From the NCBI RefSeq assembly GCF_006345805.1, contig NC_043003.1, positions 67,270,001-67,334,000 on the forward strand: a stretch of 64,000 bases of DNA. The letters are read 5' to 3'. Of this stretch, positions 1 to 12,088 are shown piece after piece; the stretch's first letter is position 1; the number at the start of each line of letters is the position of its first letter. The stretch comes from Octopus sinensis. Lineage: Eukaryota. Both the position numbers and the translations under genes were made by a program. The notes beneath the pieces are model-generated. The model was not told the DNA's origin. It was given only the letters and a program-made list of their open reading frames with translations, and did not search any database.

Positions 1-112
1 GTAAATATTCAATGTTGTAAAACAAAGAATTGTCAGAGTAAAACATTAGAGTTAACGACTGTCAAACTTGATGCATAAGAAAATCGGGCATTTCAGTCAT
101 AATGACCTGATA

Positions 113-189
<77 letters not shown>

Positions 190-195
<6 letters not shown>

Positions 196-390
196 GTATA
201 CCAGTCCGTCGGACGTCCATTTGACACCGCTGGTCACAGCACACTGTCCACTCCTCTCTGGATCGCGCCTTTTCCATCCACGTGATCCCAATCGCCCTCC
301 TGAAATCGTAACTCCACCGTCGTTGACGCCTTCCAAGTGGTCGTTTCCGCTCGCGCGGATACCACTCGACAACCACCTGGGTCAACCGAT
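190..390 (-). mobile_element. RTE-clade LINE, C-terminal fragment
   Basis: GC-rich island between microsatellites. Translates to RLTQVVVEWYPRERKRPLGRRQRRWSYDFRRAIGITWMEKARSREEW, matching the RTE C-terminal pattern W.P..GKR..GRP..RW.D. Confidence 0.75.
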
Positions 391-405
391 TATATATATA
401 TATAT

Positions 406-437
<32 letters not shown>

Positions 438-699
438 ATATATATGAGAGAAGGTTTGAAAATGCAATTTTAAAGACGTTTATTCACTTGACCAGTTTCT
501 CTTTTTTAGAAGAAGATTGTCAAAATAAAATGTAAAGCTTTGTATGAGCTTTGTTGTGTTAATTACTGGTTATCACAAAATTATTAAAATACAGATATAC
601 ATTCTTTGATAATAATAAGAAAATGTTAAAAACACTTTACAAGGAAGTATTTGAGAAAGTATTCAGAACGGGGCTCCAAAAAGCATTTTGAGTTCAATA

Positions 700-1210
700 A
701 AAATCATGCTTGTTTGGTAGTATATATATATATACCCAAAGGAGATATATTTAAGAATTTACAAAAACTTGTAGTGGAATACCTGACCTGTTTTCTGGCA
801 TTTTGTTTTATGTGTAGCTAAGGAATGCTTGCTATGTTAAGGGACAGTGTTGGAGGTCGGTTGGGGCGGGAGTAAGAGCAATGTGGAGTCAAGAGGATTT
901 TTTTGTTTCTGGGCTAGTCTGTCATGGTTCAGTGGTTTTCGGGACTGGTCAGAATGGTGTGAGTGTGCGTGTCTCTCTGTGCACGTATTACTCCAAGATA
1001 TTCTTGTAGCCATTATCACGTAGAATGGAAAATATGAATATAGAAGCGAAAAAATATTATGTGACTTTGACGAACAAAAAGTGTACGAAAAGTGTAATAC
1101 AATTCCTAAGAATGAGACAACAATTGATCCGAAAGTGACAGAATTGGATTCCATGTCTTGTTTTTTTGTGGGGCGGTGTATAGCTGTATAGGTTATAGCG
1201 TGTTCCAAGA
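700..1210 (-). mobile_element. Possible highly decayed Penelope-like relic
   Basis: Only scattered words resembling PLE motifs (ILRDNGY ~ L..NGYP; YIYYQTS ~ YIGQT) across frameshifts. Confidence 0.25.
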
Positions 1211-1632
1211 ATTAAACAGTTTCAGAAAAATAGAAGCAATTTTAGTTTATGGTTCAATAAAAAGATAAATATTGCTTGATCAGCAAAATATTATTCCACG
1301 TTGCCGAAATTTTTCTCTAACGCTTGCCAGTGGTGTTTTGCAAACGGTTAATATTAGGGAGGTACAATCGATTTGGTTAGAACTTCAATGTTATTTTTGT
1401 CAATAGAGAATTGTTTGACTTTATGCCAGTATATTAATAGTTCTTATACTTTTGACCCTGAGCAGAAAGTAAATTAAAGTTGGCTTCGTTGGAATTTAAA
1501 CACGCGAAAAAGAAGAAATAAAACACAGAGGAGAAAACTCCGTAAAGCATTTAATTAAATCCGGATCTTCGTAATAGCTTTTCAATGGCGTTTTCTCTCA
1601 TTTTGCTTTCTTGCTCATACTCTTTGTCTCTC

Positions 1633-1745
<113 letters not shown>

Positions 1746-1882
1746 TATGTGGTGTGTGTGTGTTAGTGTGTGTATATGTATATATATATATACATATACA
1801 TATACGTATGTGTGTGTATATATATACATATACACGTATGTGTGTATATATATAATATATGTATGTGTGTATATATATATAA

Positions 1883-1932
<50 letters not shown>

Positions 1933-3529
1933 AAGAAAGAGCTACACGCATACAAAAACACGAACGCACACACATATATATATATATATTTATATATGAG
2001 AGAGACACACACAGAGACAGTGATAGAAACATAGTCATTAACACGAAGGAAATTAAAAGAGAGCGTACATTACTCTAATTATATACCGCTAAGTCGTAGC
2101 TATAAAACATTCGAAAGCACTTCTATGACAGAAATTAGTAATAAAGTGTGAAAGAAATGAAGCGAATAATAAGATATTCGTCCTCTCCAGTATAATTAAA
2201 AATACTCTCTAATGTAGTGGAATGGAGTAGCTCCTCGCTTATGGTCATTACATGAAATATCAATAATATAAGAGTCATATAGCTATAAACATAAAACTTC
2301 ATAGCTTGTTCTTTTTTTATTAATTAAGTATATATCTTGGCTACCTTAGAGCAGGTGATAGGCAATATATTCCTTCCATGAATGTTGCAAATAAGTTTCT
2401 TTGTAGAAAGGAAGGTATTTCAGTTTTGCAGTAGAGGCATAATTGAATATATATATGTTATTGTGAAAAATAATATTCTTACTTCAGTTTCAGCTTTTTT
2501 GCCAAATTATAGACGCTTATCGTAGTATTTTAGGATGCTTGAAAAGGCGCAGTGTCCGATGTTTGAAAGAAGGACAAAGAAAAATATAGGAGTTTCATAG
2601 CCTCTAGAACGTCAGAATGTGTACGTGGTACACCCAATTGAATGTCTACCAGATTTAATTTTGCTTGTCATTCTTTCGAGGTCGACAAAGAAGAAAACAA
2701 GAGCGAATATTTGCGATAGCTTAGTCTGATGACTCAGATGTCTGGTCGTATCATTTCCTAGTTTTGACCTTTATTGTGAGTATACCAAATATGATTGTAA
2801 TACCAAGCTCTATGAGGCCTCACCTTCAAGATGGATTAAATTTGTTCAGTGAAGGTAGACTTAAATGCTGCGCTGGTACCCTATTTGGAAAAAAAAGCCT
2901 GTTAAACCTTGGTTTTTGAAAAGGAACTTCTCAGGTGCAAATACATGGCATCACGCGATCTGCAGGGACCCATACAAACGACAAACGGCAGACACACAGA
3001 ATAATAGATAGAGAATAGTTTTCTACGAATGTTTTTGTGCTATTATAACATAAGAATCACATTGTTAAGGTGTGGACATCAAAACAAATTGTCTCTCTTT
3101 TATGTTACCTGTCTTTTGATTCAGCGATTCCCTAGGAAAATATATTATTTCTACTCGAAGGTATCCAAAAGCAAGAATACGGAACAAAGACATCAATTTG
3201 ATTAAATATAATTGCGATTATTGTTTTCTCCGCCTGATAATGAAAATTATGGCCAATGACATGGAGATTCGAACGTAGAAATATAAGACTGCCTTCAATG
3301 CTCTTCGCAATAACGTCGTTATCATTTTACTCTAATTCACAAATGAGATCACGTAAAATATTGTACAACGAATATTATAATATCTAATTAATATAAGTTA
3401 AGGGAAAATGTTTTAAGAATAGACAGAAAATTAAACTTACTGCAGATATGTTTCTGAAGATATCTGAGTTGGTATCACTAGCAAGATAAATTTTGTAATA
3501 AATCATAAAAGCGAATTCGATGTCCTTAC

Positions 3530-3661
3530 CTTTGAAAAGTGGGTTAATCCGCCATATACTAAGTGGGCCCTGACTAGCAAACTGGCCAAAGGCTAGCTCC
3601 AGATGGAAGAGAGGTAATCCCACAATGGCCAGCATTATTATATATGGTATCAGAAATGTAC
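3530..3661 (-). CDS. SLC6: SLC6 transporter, next exon (TM2), GlyT/PROT/ATB0+-like
   Basis: Acceptor ctctctgtctttgctAG, 132 nt in phase 1 reading (G)[43 protein letters not shown](G), donor GTAAGG. In frame with the 7156-6982 exon. GQFASQGP resembles the glycine/proline transporter branch. Confidence 0.96.
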
Positions 3662-4339
3662 CTAGCAAAGACAGAGAGCGAAATCAATAAATACATAAGA
3701 AATATTATCTACGAAATAAATAACACAATATTATATATGTGAGAATTTGGCAAATAAATAATAAACGGTTTAGACACTTGACCATACAAAATAAATAAAT
3801 AAACAGGTAATATATTTCAACTTTATGAAAATCTTTGAAACGAAATATTATATTATAGATATATGAGAATTTGTTTTTATTAGGAAGGACTGAAGAAGAA
3901 GCAGTGTCTCTGAAATTCATAGTTCTACAGAGGCTAGTGATAATGATGGACTTAAAGTTTTCCTAGAACTGCTTCAAATCGATGCGCACAGAAAAGCACA
4001 TACAGTTAGGCAATTCCGAATGACCGACGATTTGAGACATAGAGTTTATAAGAGTGTGTGCTTGTTGGTTACAACATGAAAAATGATGGGATAAGAGACG
4101 AGTAGATTTGATTGACTGAAGATGGCATGAAACTAGCCATCATTGTAGTAGTCATAAAAAGTAATAGACTTGCAAATAAGTGGCTGAAGAGTGTCTGTGA
4201 ATCTCTTCCATTATTCGTGTGATATTTCTCATTGCATGAGGTCACGAATGACTGCGACTGTTGTAAGAAAATCATCATTTATGGAAGGAGAGTGCTATAT
4301 TGTTGATCATATATCATAAAAGTGTTGTAGTGATGAGAG

Positions 4340-4995
4340 TTAAATCATTTTTGTGTTTCGTTGTTTACCCGAAGAAGACATTAGGCTTTCATCTACTTTG
4401 GGTGTTCTACTATGTGTGCGCATTGGCAAGTCGAGATCCTCAGTGGTTGTGAGGTCTAATATATGGCCGTAGGATAAGGATAACGTCTTATTGGTAAATC
4501 TATTGTTACTAATAATATTTGTTGTTAAAGGATATGATATTCGCATGATCCTATTGAAGACAATACATATTGGATAGGAGGTGTCCAGGATACCGTAATC
4601 AATGTCTGGTTGTCTGTTTAAGGAACTTTAATAAGGTAGAGGGCATTATCGTATCTGCTTCAGAATGGGTATTATTGAAGATGTTGGCAAATAGGCCATT
4701 GATGATCAGGAAGAAATGCGTAGGCATAAAACCGAAACATGGCGCGCAGCAAATAATTGGAATGGGGATAAGATCATATTTCATCAGCATTCGCCGTTTT
4801 AATTTGATCTGACAGAAAGTTACCAACCCAGAATTTGATGGACTGATACAGCCCACAGGCATCCGCCAAAAATATTCGCAGGAAAGATATCGTTGAAAAC
4901 GGCAATGAAGCTAACAACAATATTTGCAGGAGTTTTGTATGGGGAAAGAATCCATGGGGATAGAAATAAAATAGGCCACAGGTGTATTTAGTTAG
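4340..4995 (-). mobile_element. Decayed CR1/L2/Jockey-type LINE reverse transcriptase
   Basis: Frameshifted motifs in RT order: FFPHTKLLQIL (~AFDRVPH..LL.KL), WVGNFLSD, PTHFFLIINGLFANIFNNTHSEAD (~P.LF...INDL...HSYADD), ILDLTTTEDLD (~ILG.TI..DL). Confidence 0.55.
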
Positions 4996-5062
4996 CACAT
5001 TCCGTATTAATGTTCACTAATATTTAATGTATACAAGAAAATTGTACATAATTCCCATTAAT

Positions 5063-5313
5063 ACAGTTCTATATTTAAGAGATGAGGGATTATGTATAGT
5101 ATTTACAGTATTTACATTTGACGGATATTTGTCCTCATCTTGATATACCCTCCAGCTTTCATCAGGTGTCTTGGGGAAATTTCGAACCTGGGTTCTCATT
5201 CCTGAGGTTTTTTTCGATGTTAGTATTATTATTATTATTATTCAGGTCACTGCCTGGAATCGGACTCAGAATCTTTGGGTTAGTAGTCCGCGCTCTTAAG
5301 CACTACGCCACAT
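5063..5313 (-). mobile_element. tRNA-headed SINE (family E) with HHR-containing 3' module, copy 1
   Basis: Minus strand: A-box-like TGGCGTAGTG, anticodon-arm-like GGACTACTAACCCAAAG, B-box-like GAGTCCGATTCC, (AAT)4, then GACACCTGATGAAAGCTGGAGGGTATATC with the rest of the HHR deleted, then tail GATGAGGACAAATATCCGTCAAATGTAAATA. Confidence 0.75.
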
Positions 5314-5365
5314 GAAAATATTACATTTATAAGCCCTAAAATTCACTCCATATTTGCCCATAATT

Positions 5366-5432
5366 CTGTAGTAGCTAAGAGCGCGGGCTACTAACCCCAA
5401 GATTCCGAGTTCGATTTCAAGCAGTGACCAGC

Positions 5433-5504
<72 letters not shown>

Positions 5505-5640
5505 TCGAAAAATACCTTAGGAGTATGAACCGAGGTTCGAAATTTCACCAAGATACCTGATGAAGCCTGAAGGGTATAGCAGCCAAATCGTTGTGTTAAC
5601 AGCAAACAAGATGAGGACAAATATCGTCAAATGTAAATAA
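5366..5640 (+). mobile_element. tRNA-headed SINE (family E), copy 2, inverted relative to copy 1
   Basis: B-box GAGTTCGATTTC at about 5407, (AAT)~23 at 5433-5502, then the same body and tail as copy 1. Confidence 0.75.
5553..5596 (+). ncRNA. Degenerate type I hammerhead ribozyme inside SINE E
   Basis: ATAC-CTGATGA-agcctgaagggtatagcagcc-AAATC-GTT-GTGT. CUGAUGA is intact, stem II is partly paired, and GAAAC has decayed to AAATC. Confidence 0.5.
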
Positions 5641-5859
5641 GGTAAATAATTTATTCCATTAATTTTAAATTGCTGGAAAATGAATAGGAATGGACAATAG
5701 CTGACGGAAATAAGAGCGATTGACTATCATGTTTTCACTCATTGGGATACCTATTCAGAAAGGTACTACCGAGTTAACATGTTTGACAAGTCGATAAAAT
5801 ATTTACTCTACAAAGTTGAAAGAGATCTCATAGGCAACTTGTGGTGGTGGGAGATAGAG

Positions 5860-6020
5860 ATCTGAGATTTTATAAATTATTTTAGATGCAAGGTGTATGT
5901 CGCTTGATGGAAGTTTCAGCCGGTTGGCTACCCGCTTTTCGAAGATTCTCATATAAGACAAAGAAGCGCCATATACAGTTAGCACGAATACGGTGGGTAT
6001 AGGACATAAATTACCACCAT
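5860..6020 (-). mobile_element. Probable upstream part of the same LINE RT relic
   Basis: RIFEKRVANRLKLPSSDIHLASK resembles the KIFE.IVANRL...QYGF region that precedes the motifs at 4340-4995. Same strand, separated from them by the SINE pair at 5063-5640. Confidence 0.35.
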
Positions 6021-6981
6021 ATTGTGTTTGTTTGTTATGTGGATCTATTTTGGGTGATTGCAGTAAGACAACGGCTGGATATTACGATTGCTGCTGAGAT
6101 AGTTATAGCCCAGGAGAGAGGTTAAGTTTGATGGTTGGCAAGGGATCAATGAAATGCGGAGGGTCTATGCGTCATTCAGCTATCTGTGTATTGGGAGTGA
6201 ATAGTTGAAGATGAAAAAACATATATGCGCACATATCTACATACATAGGCATACATGTCCGTAGTAGCATCGTCCATTAGAGACGACAGAAAAGCCAACA
6301 AGTCACTTGTGAAAATAACGTGATAGCGAATTAGAAATAGATATTGTCAAACCAATTAACTTCTGTAGACAGGAAAAAAAACAAACGACAAACGTAAATG
6401 ATCTTTAATAAGGAAATAGAAAAATAGAGATAACGGGGTAGTCTGAACGAAAGAAAAAATAGTTAATGAAATCATAATAACCATAAATTTTTGTTACTGT
6501 TATCGAAGTAGGAAATGTGGGTAGTACAGTGATCGTGAACAATATTAAGAGAGATGTTGAAATATAGCGTCTAACATAGGCAACACTTAAGGGTTGAAGG
6601 ATATCAGCCTAGGATGGATATGTGGTCAGTGCAGTAGCAAGACATAATGGGGTTTGTTCCTGGTTGTTAGTTTAAAAGCCTTCGAGGGATTTCGCAATTG
6701 GTATGTAGGTGTATCTACTTTCGTGGAGTATACGAGGAACGTTATTGGGGAGGTATTCTCAAAGCGTACATCGTAAACATTGTAGAATTACTGGGAGTTG
6801 GTATATAAGGAGAGAACGTGTTATATAAGGGGAGAGAGTCGTTTCTAAGTTTATTTTACTTATATTGAGAAATGATCGTGATAGAGTGAAAATAGCATCC
6901 ATATATTTCCATATAATTCCTTTATTTTTCGTAAGGCAAAGTTAATAATAATTTTAACATCGTCATACAAAATCTACTTAC

Positions 6982-7156
6982 CTCCGCCATTTTTATAGCA
7001 CAAATATGGGAATCGCCAGACATTGGAAAGTCCCACTGCATATCCAACACATGTCATAAGAAACTCAGATTTGCCGGCCCATGTCACTCTAGTACTTTCT
7101 TCTTCTTCTTCCTCAACTGGAGGCGCTTGCTCTTCATCTTTACGAACAACATCAGC
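6982..7156 (-). CDS. SLC6: SLC6/NSS sodium-dependent amino-acid transporter, internal exon encoding the N-terminal tail and TM1
   Basis: Minus strand: acceptor gttttcttttaaAG, then 175 nt reading [58 protein letters not shown](G), then donor GTAAGT. W...[20 protein letters not shown] is the SLC6 signature. The exon ends in phase 1. Confidence 0.96.
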
Positions 7157-7227
7157 CTTTAAAAGAAAACATAAGTATTATATTTCATGTTACATTATAC
7201 GTATGTACCTTATTTATATTATTTATA

Positions 7228-7274
7228 TTTGACGGATATTTGTCCTCATCTTGTTTATTGTTAACAAACGTTTC
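7228..7274 (-). mobile_element. 3' fragment of family E retaining the GAAACGTT half of the HHR
   Basis: Minus strand GAAACGTTTGTTAACAATAAACAAGATGAGGACAAATATCCGTCAAAT matches the tails at 5063-5140 and 5590-5640. Confidence 0.7.
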
Positions 7275-7280
7275 TACTCA

Positions 7281-8520
7281 AAATAAAGGCCCGAAATTTT
7301 TTGGGGAAGGTGCTTGTCGATTAGATCAACCGCAGTACGCAACTGGTACTTAATATTACCGACCCTGAAAGGACGAAAGTAAAAGTCGACCTGGGCAGAA
7401 TTTGAACTGAGAATGTAAAGACAGACGAAATACCGCTAAGCATTTCGTCCAGTGCGTTAACCTTTCTTATTTCTTTATTGCCCACAAGGGTCTAAACATA
7501 AAGGGGACAAACAAGGATACACAAAAGGATTAAGTCGATTATATCGACTCCAGTGCGTAACTGGTACTTAATTTATCTACCCCGAAAAGATGAAAGGCAA
7601 GGTCGACCTCGGCGGAATTTGAACTCAGAACGTAACGGCAGACGGAATACGGCTACGCATTTCGCCCGGCGTGCTAACGTTTCTGCCAGCTCGCCGCCTT
7701 AAATACCTATTTCTTTACGACCCACAAGTGGATAAACACAGAGAGGACAAACACGGACAGACAAACGGATTAAGTCGATTACACCGACCCCAGTGCGTAA
7801 CTGGTACTTATTTAATCGACTCAGAAATGATGAAAGGCAAAGTCGACCTCGGTGGAACGTAGTGGCAGACGAACTACTGCTAAGCATTTCGCCCGGCGTG
7901 CTAACGATTCTGCCAGCTCGCCGCCTTGTGCTAATATTATTATTATCATGACTAAATCAGCGAGCTGGTCGAATTGTTTTCACGCCGGGCGCAGTGCTTA
8001 CCGGTATTTCATTTGCTGCTGCTTTGTGAGTTAAAAATAAGTACCACCTACGCACTGGGGTCGATGTAATCGACAAGCCCCCTTCCTCACCAAATTTTCA
8101 AGGCCTTGTGCCTAGAGTAGGAATAATTATTATTATCATGACTAAAATATGAACGGTTACTTATTTCATCATTCCTGAAATGATGAAGTGTAGAGTGGAC
8201 CTTGGCAGAATTTGAGCTCAAATAGTAAAGTCGGACGAAATGGCGATAAACATTTTGTCCGGCTAGCTAAATATTCTGCCAACTCACCGCCGCCTCGTCT
8301 ACTTTTCATTGATTTCAAATTTTGGCACAAGTGTAAAATTTTAAATGAAAGGGTATAACGTTTACATTTGCCCCAGTTCTCAAATGTTACTTATTTTATC
8401 GACCTCGAAATGATGAAGGACAAACCAGCGTCGGAGGAATTTGAACTCAGAACCTAAAGACGGCCGAAATGCCACTGAACACGTTGCCTGGCTCCATAAC
8501 TATTGTCTCTTCGCCGCTTT
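7281..8520. mobile_element. Cluster of about six tRNA-derived SINE family A units (five minus, one plus)
   Basis: Repeated head GGCGAGCTGGCAGAAACGTTAGCACGCCGGGCGAAATG, B-box-like GAGTTCAAATTC and core GTCGACTTTGCCTTTCATCCTTTCGGGGTCGATAAATTAAGTACCAG. Units at about 7281-7460, 7461-7699, 7700-7927 (-), 7960-8130 (+), 8150-8292 and 8300-8520 (-). Confidence 0.85.
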
Positions 8521-10566
8521 AATATTGGCGCTGGAATATTAACAAACTCATATTCGGAGAACTGCAGTGACAACTAAAGTAGAGATAGTCCCCCCCCTCC
8601 ACCTTTTTTTCTGATATAAGGAATTATAGCCAAGCTTGATAATGATTATTTTTCTTTCGAAAGTTTGTATAAATTCCATCAGCTCATATAATCCGTAAGT
8701 AATTTCATAACAATTATATTATAATTTTCCTCAAATTATCTATGATATTACCATATTTCTTGATATTACCTATGGCAGCCATTGTATATTACAGAGTTAA
8801 CTGCCGTATAATGAATAGAATTCTAGTTTCAAATACGTCGCCACGTTTACACAAGTCGCAATTGCTTTATTTGCTGTCCTGAAAGGCATTTTCTTTCCAC
8901 ATACTGCGACTGAAATCTCACGTCGTTTGCCAATATCATGCCACAAAAGTGAAATATCTGGATGTGTTATGTCTGTATTCCTGATTGGAAGAATTTTCGA
9001 CATGTATTATTTCGGATTACGCCAAGTACATTGGCGATATTTAGCCAAGAGCCATCTTCAATATTTGGAGAAGAAAAAAAGTAACAAATCCGTGCAAATT
9101 TCACCGAAGTATTATGGGTTTGGTATTAAATGCCATTGATGAATAAAGGGTTCTCGATAAATTGAACCTAGGGCTGAAAATATCTGTCAATCACTAAAAT
9201 AGGCACGACTTCTGAAACTAACCACATTGAAAGAGTTAAGTACTTTCATTTAACGGGCGGCCATTTAAACTGTGTATTACAAACAGACATATTCTGTCAT
9301 ACGCAAACGCTAACATTACAAAAACAGTATACATACACCAAATATGTAACTATAAGTGCTCAAACACAAAACACGCACATATATATACATATAAATATAT
9401 GCATATATATGTATGGACGTATATCCTTACATGTATGTGGCGTGTGTGCGTCTATGTATGTATATATATATGTGTGTGTGTGTGTGTAGGTTCAGTTATC
9501 ACGTTAATGTAGTCTATAGGGATATATTTCCTGTTAATTACTTGATAAAAATATATTTTGCTATACAATTTATTCATGATCGTATGAACTGAACATATAA
9601 CGGTGTTGAGCAAGAGTTGGATATTTACATTATCAAATAATTTATTAATGATCGTATTTTTATATTATGATTAAAAAGACAAAATTGTGCGGCTATATCA
9701 ATATTAATGACACCTACTTCCTCTCAAAATCATTATTGTTTACATATAATGGAATAATAATAGTATTGATGTCATCAAATACCGAGGCAGGCAACATAAT
9801 AATATAATAAGAAAAACCATATACACCTATATACAGAGATCCAACTATATGTCCCCCGCCTGGGGTATGTATCGTGAGAAACAGCAGTTGAGGCTTCGAT
9901 GTAACCTCCTGAGGTCCGAAAAATCCATGAATCATAATAGTGGACAAAATTTATAAACTTGACTAGCTAGCAGATATCTGAGGGAAGATATTTATTCCAT
10001 TTATTGAGAGCTGTTTCGTTATATGTGCTAGTTAGATAAGTGACGCTACAAAATACATCACACACATATATCAATAAATATACACACGTAAATACATAAG
10101 GACATATATATAAATATAAACACATGCACACACACTCACACACATATATAAGTAGATGTTGTAACGTAATGTATAGACATAACAGATCTTGATTTTATTC
10201 TTTTTATGATATTTGTCATTTCATGATTTTACTGGATTATTTCTGAATTTTGTATTTATCTACTTATCCTTGCATTTTTAGTAAGCTCAACACAGCAACA
10301 TTCTGTAACGGGTGAAATCTGCCAAATGTATGCATTGTCATTTCCTATATACGGAAACAACTTGCTAATGTATATCAAAGTCTGGTGCTTAGCTTGCCAT
10401 GATATGTTCGTTCTGATGCCTGTGTGTGTGTGTGTTGTGTGTGTGCACGTGTCTATGAATGTGTAAGAGACGGATGTTGCAGCCCCGCTTATGTAAGTAA
10501 CACAGATTACGAAACAGCGGTCAACAAACTTAATAAACATGTATCTTCTCAGTTCTCTTTACTGGT

Positions 10567-10620
<54 letters not shown>

Positions 10621-11084
10621 GTATAACGAATGAAAGACAGAAGATGGAATATACGAGAATATATTATTTATCACAACAATGGTTTCGACATATCAATATA
10701 TATATATATATATTATATTACATTTCTATCCAGAGACTAGCTTCATCAGTTTGGAATAGTTTGGCCTACCCAGATGTCGTTGCAAAACCGCTGTTGCAAA
10801 CTTATAGAATTTCAAGAGAAATGTTTTCACTGATATACAAATATAGAAGTATTACATTCTAAATCTCTCAGAGAGGGTTATGCACGATAAGGTGATGGGG
10901 TGTCAACTTCACGAGGCAGTCTCAGGAAAGGGAACAATGTTAGTTATTTAGCCTCAAGAAGCACCGTTTCTAGTTGGCTACGCGACACAAGATTCGTGTG
11001 TCCTTAATTTTCAAACAGGTGCGATAAGCACCTCCACTCAGCAAAGCCAGCATCCAGAGACTAGTTTCAGAGTAATTGCAACTG

Positions 11085-11460
11085 TAACACCCAACGTATA
11101 TTCTTATTTTTATTCTTATATTTTCCTTTATACTCCTTATATCTCTCTCTTTACAAAATAACTTCTTACGTTGAAATATACTATTTACTTCTGTTTAACT
11201 CTCTTATATCGTCTGATGATGGGATATCCTTCATATCTCTGAAACAGCTGTAAAACTACATCTCTCTTTATAAACGTCCTAGAAATTTCACACTGCCTTG
11301 GCTTCGTTGTCTCATTTTATTCAACTTATAGACGCTCACACACGACCCACGTTAGACTCCTCACTTATACTATTATCGAACCAGGAGTCTAACAGCGATC
11401 CTTCCGTAGTACTTACATAGCGTCACCTGCCTTTTGGATCCTCTGGATACCAAAACCTCT
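11085..11460 (+). mobile_element. PLE-type pseudo-LTR remnant carrying an HHR
   Basis: Pyrimidine-rich segment surrounding a hammerhead motif. PLE assignment is inferred from the HHR and the composition. Confidence 0.45.
11209..11257 (+). ncRNA. Type I hammerhead ribozyme-like motif
   Basis: CTGATGA (11213-11219), stem II GGGATAT/ATATCTC, GAAAC-AGCT-GTA (palindromic stem III, GUA cleavage triplet). Stem I is poorly paired. Confidence 0.55.
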
Positions 11461-12088
11461 CATGTATTATATTATGTTATATTATAAAATATATTATATA
11501 TATATATAGTACATTCAAAATTAACTTCAATCTTGCTTGCTTGCAATGTTACACACCCAAACTGGCGCATACTGGGAAAATACTTTGACTGTAAATTCCC
11601 TTGAAATGTGAATACAAACGGAATAAAAGAAGTTTCGCGTAAATCACACCAGTGGTTATTGAGATATTCGGGGTTCTGAGGGGTATAAATATCCAAAATG
11701 GTGCATAATGGAAAAATACTCCGAAAACTACTTCACCTTCAAACGGAAGTAACTTTATCCTTTCCATTAGCCACATTATGATGGGCAAAATATTTTAAAG
11801 TGAAAATGCCTTTAAAAGTACGGTAAATATTCCGTAACAGATCCGTTCGTAACTTTTCCATTGCTTTCTATCGAGTGCATTCAATGTATCTCACCGCCAA
11901 ATATGTGGTTGCTATTTCTAACACACCCTGCTACCACGCAACAGCTATTTGCGACAAAGTACCCGAAATACATGTCACGTAGTAGAAGGGCGTGCAAGAA
12001 ACAGCAGCCAAATAATTCCTTTTCTGTACAAAGGGACCGTTTACGCGTGAGTTCGATGTCACATTCCCTTACCAGTGGTTAATCTTTG

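Noticed and set aside
837-1208. 123-aa minus ORF as the SLC6 TM3 exon
   Set aside because: Has a hydrophobic stretch but no G.G.....YYN..IAW motif and no convincing splice sites.
2780-2812. AWYYNH on the minus strand resembling SLC6 YYN
   Set aside because: Wrong context, stop follows quickly, and no TM3 homology.
8797-9003. HPDISLL...ISVAV resembling a restriction-like endonuclease (R4/Dong) PD..D motif
   Set aside because: Second catalytic Asp absent and no supporting zinc knuckle; too weak.
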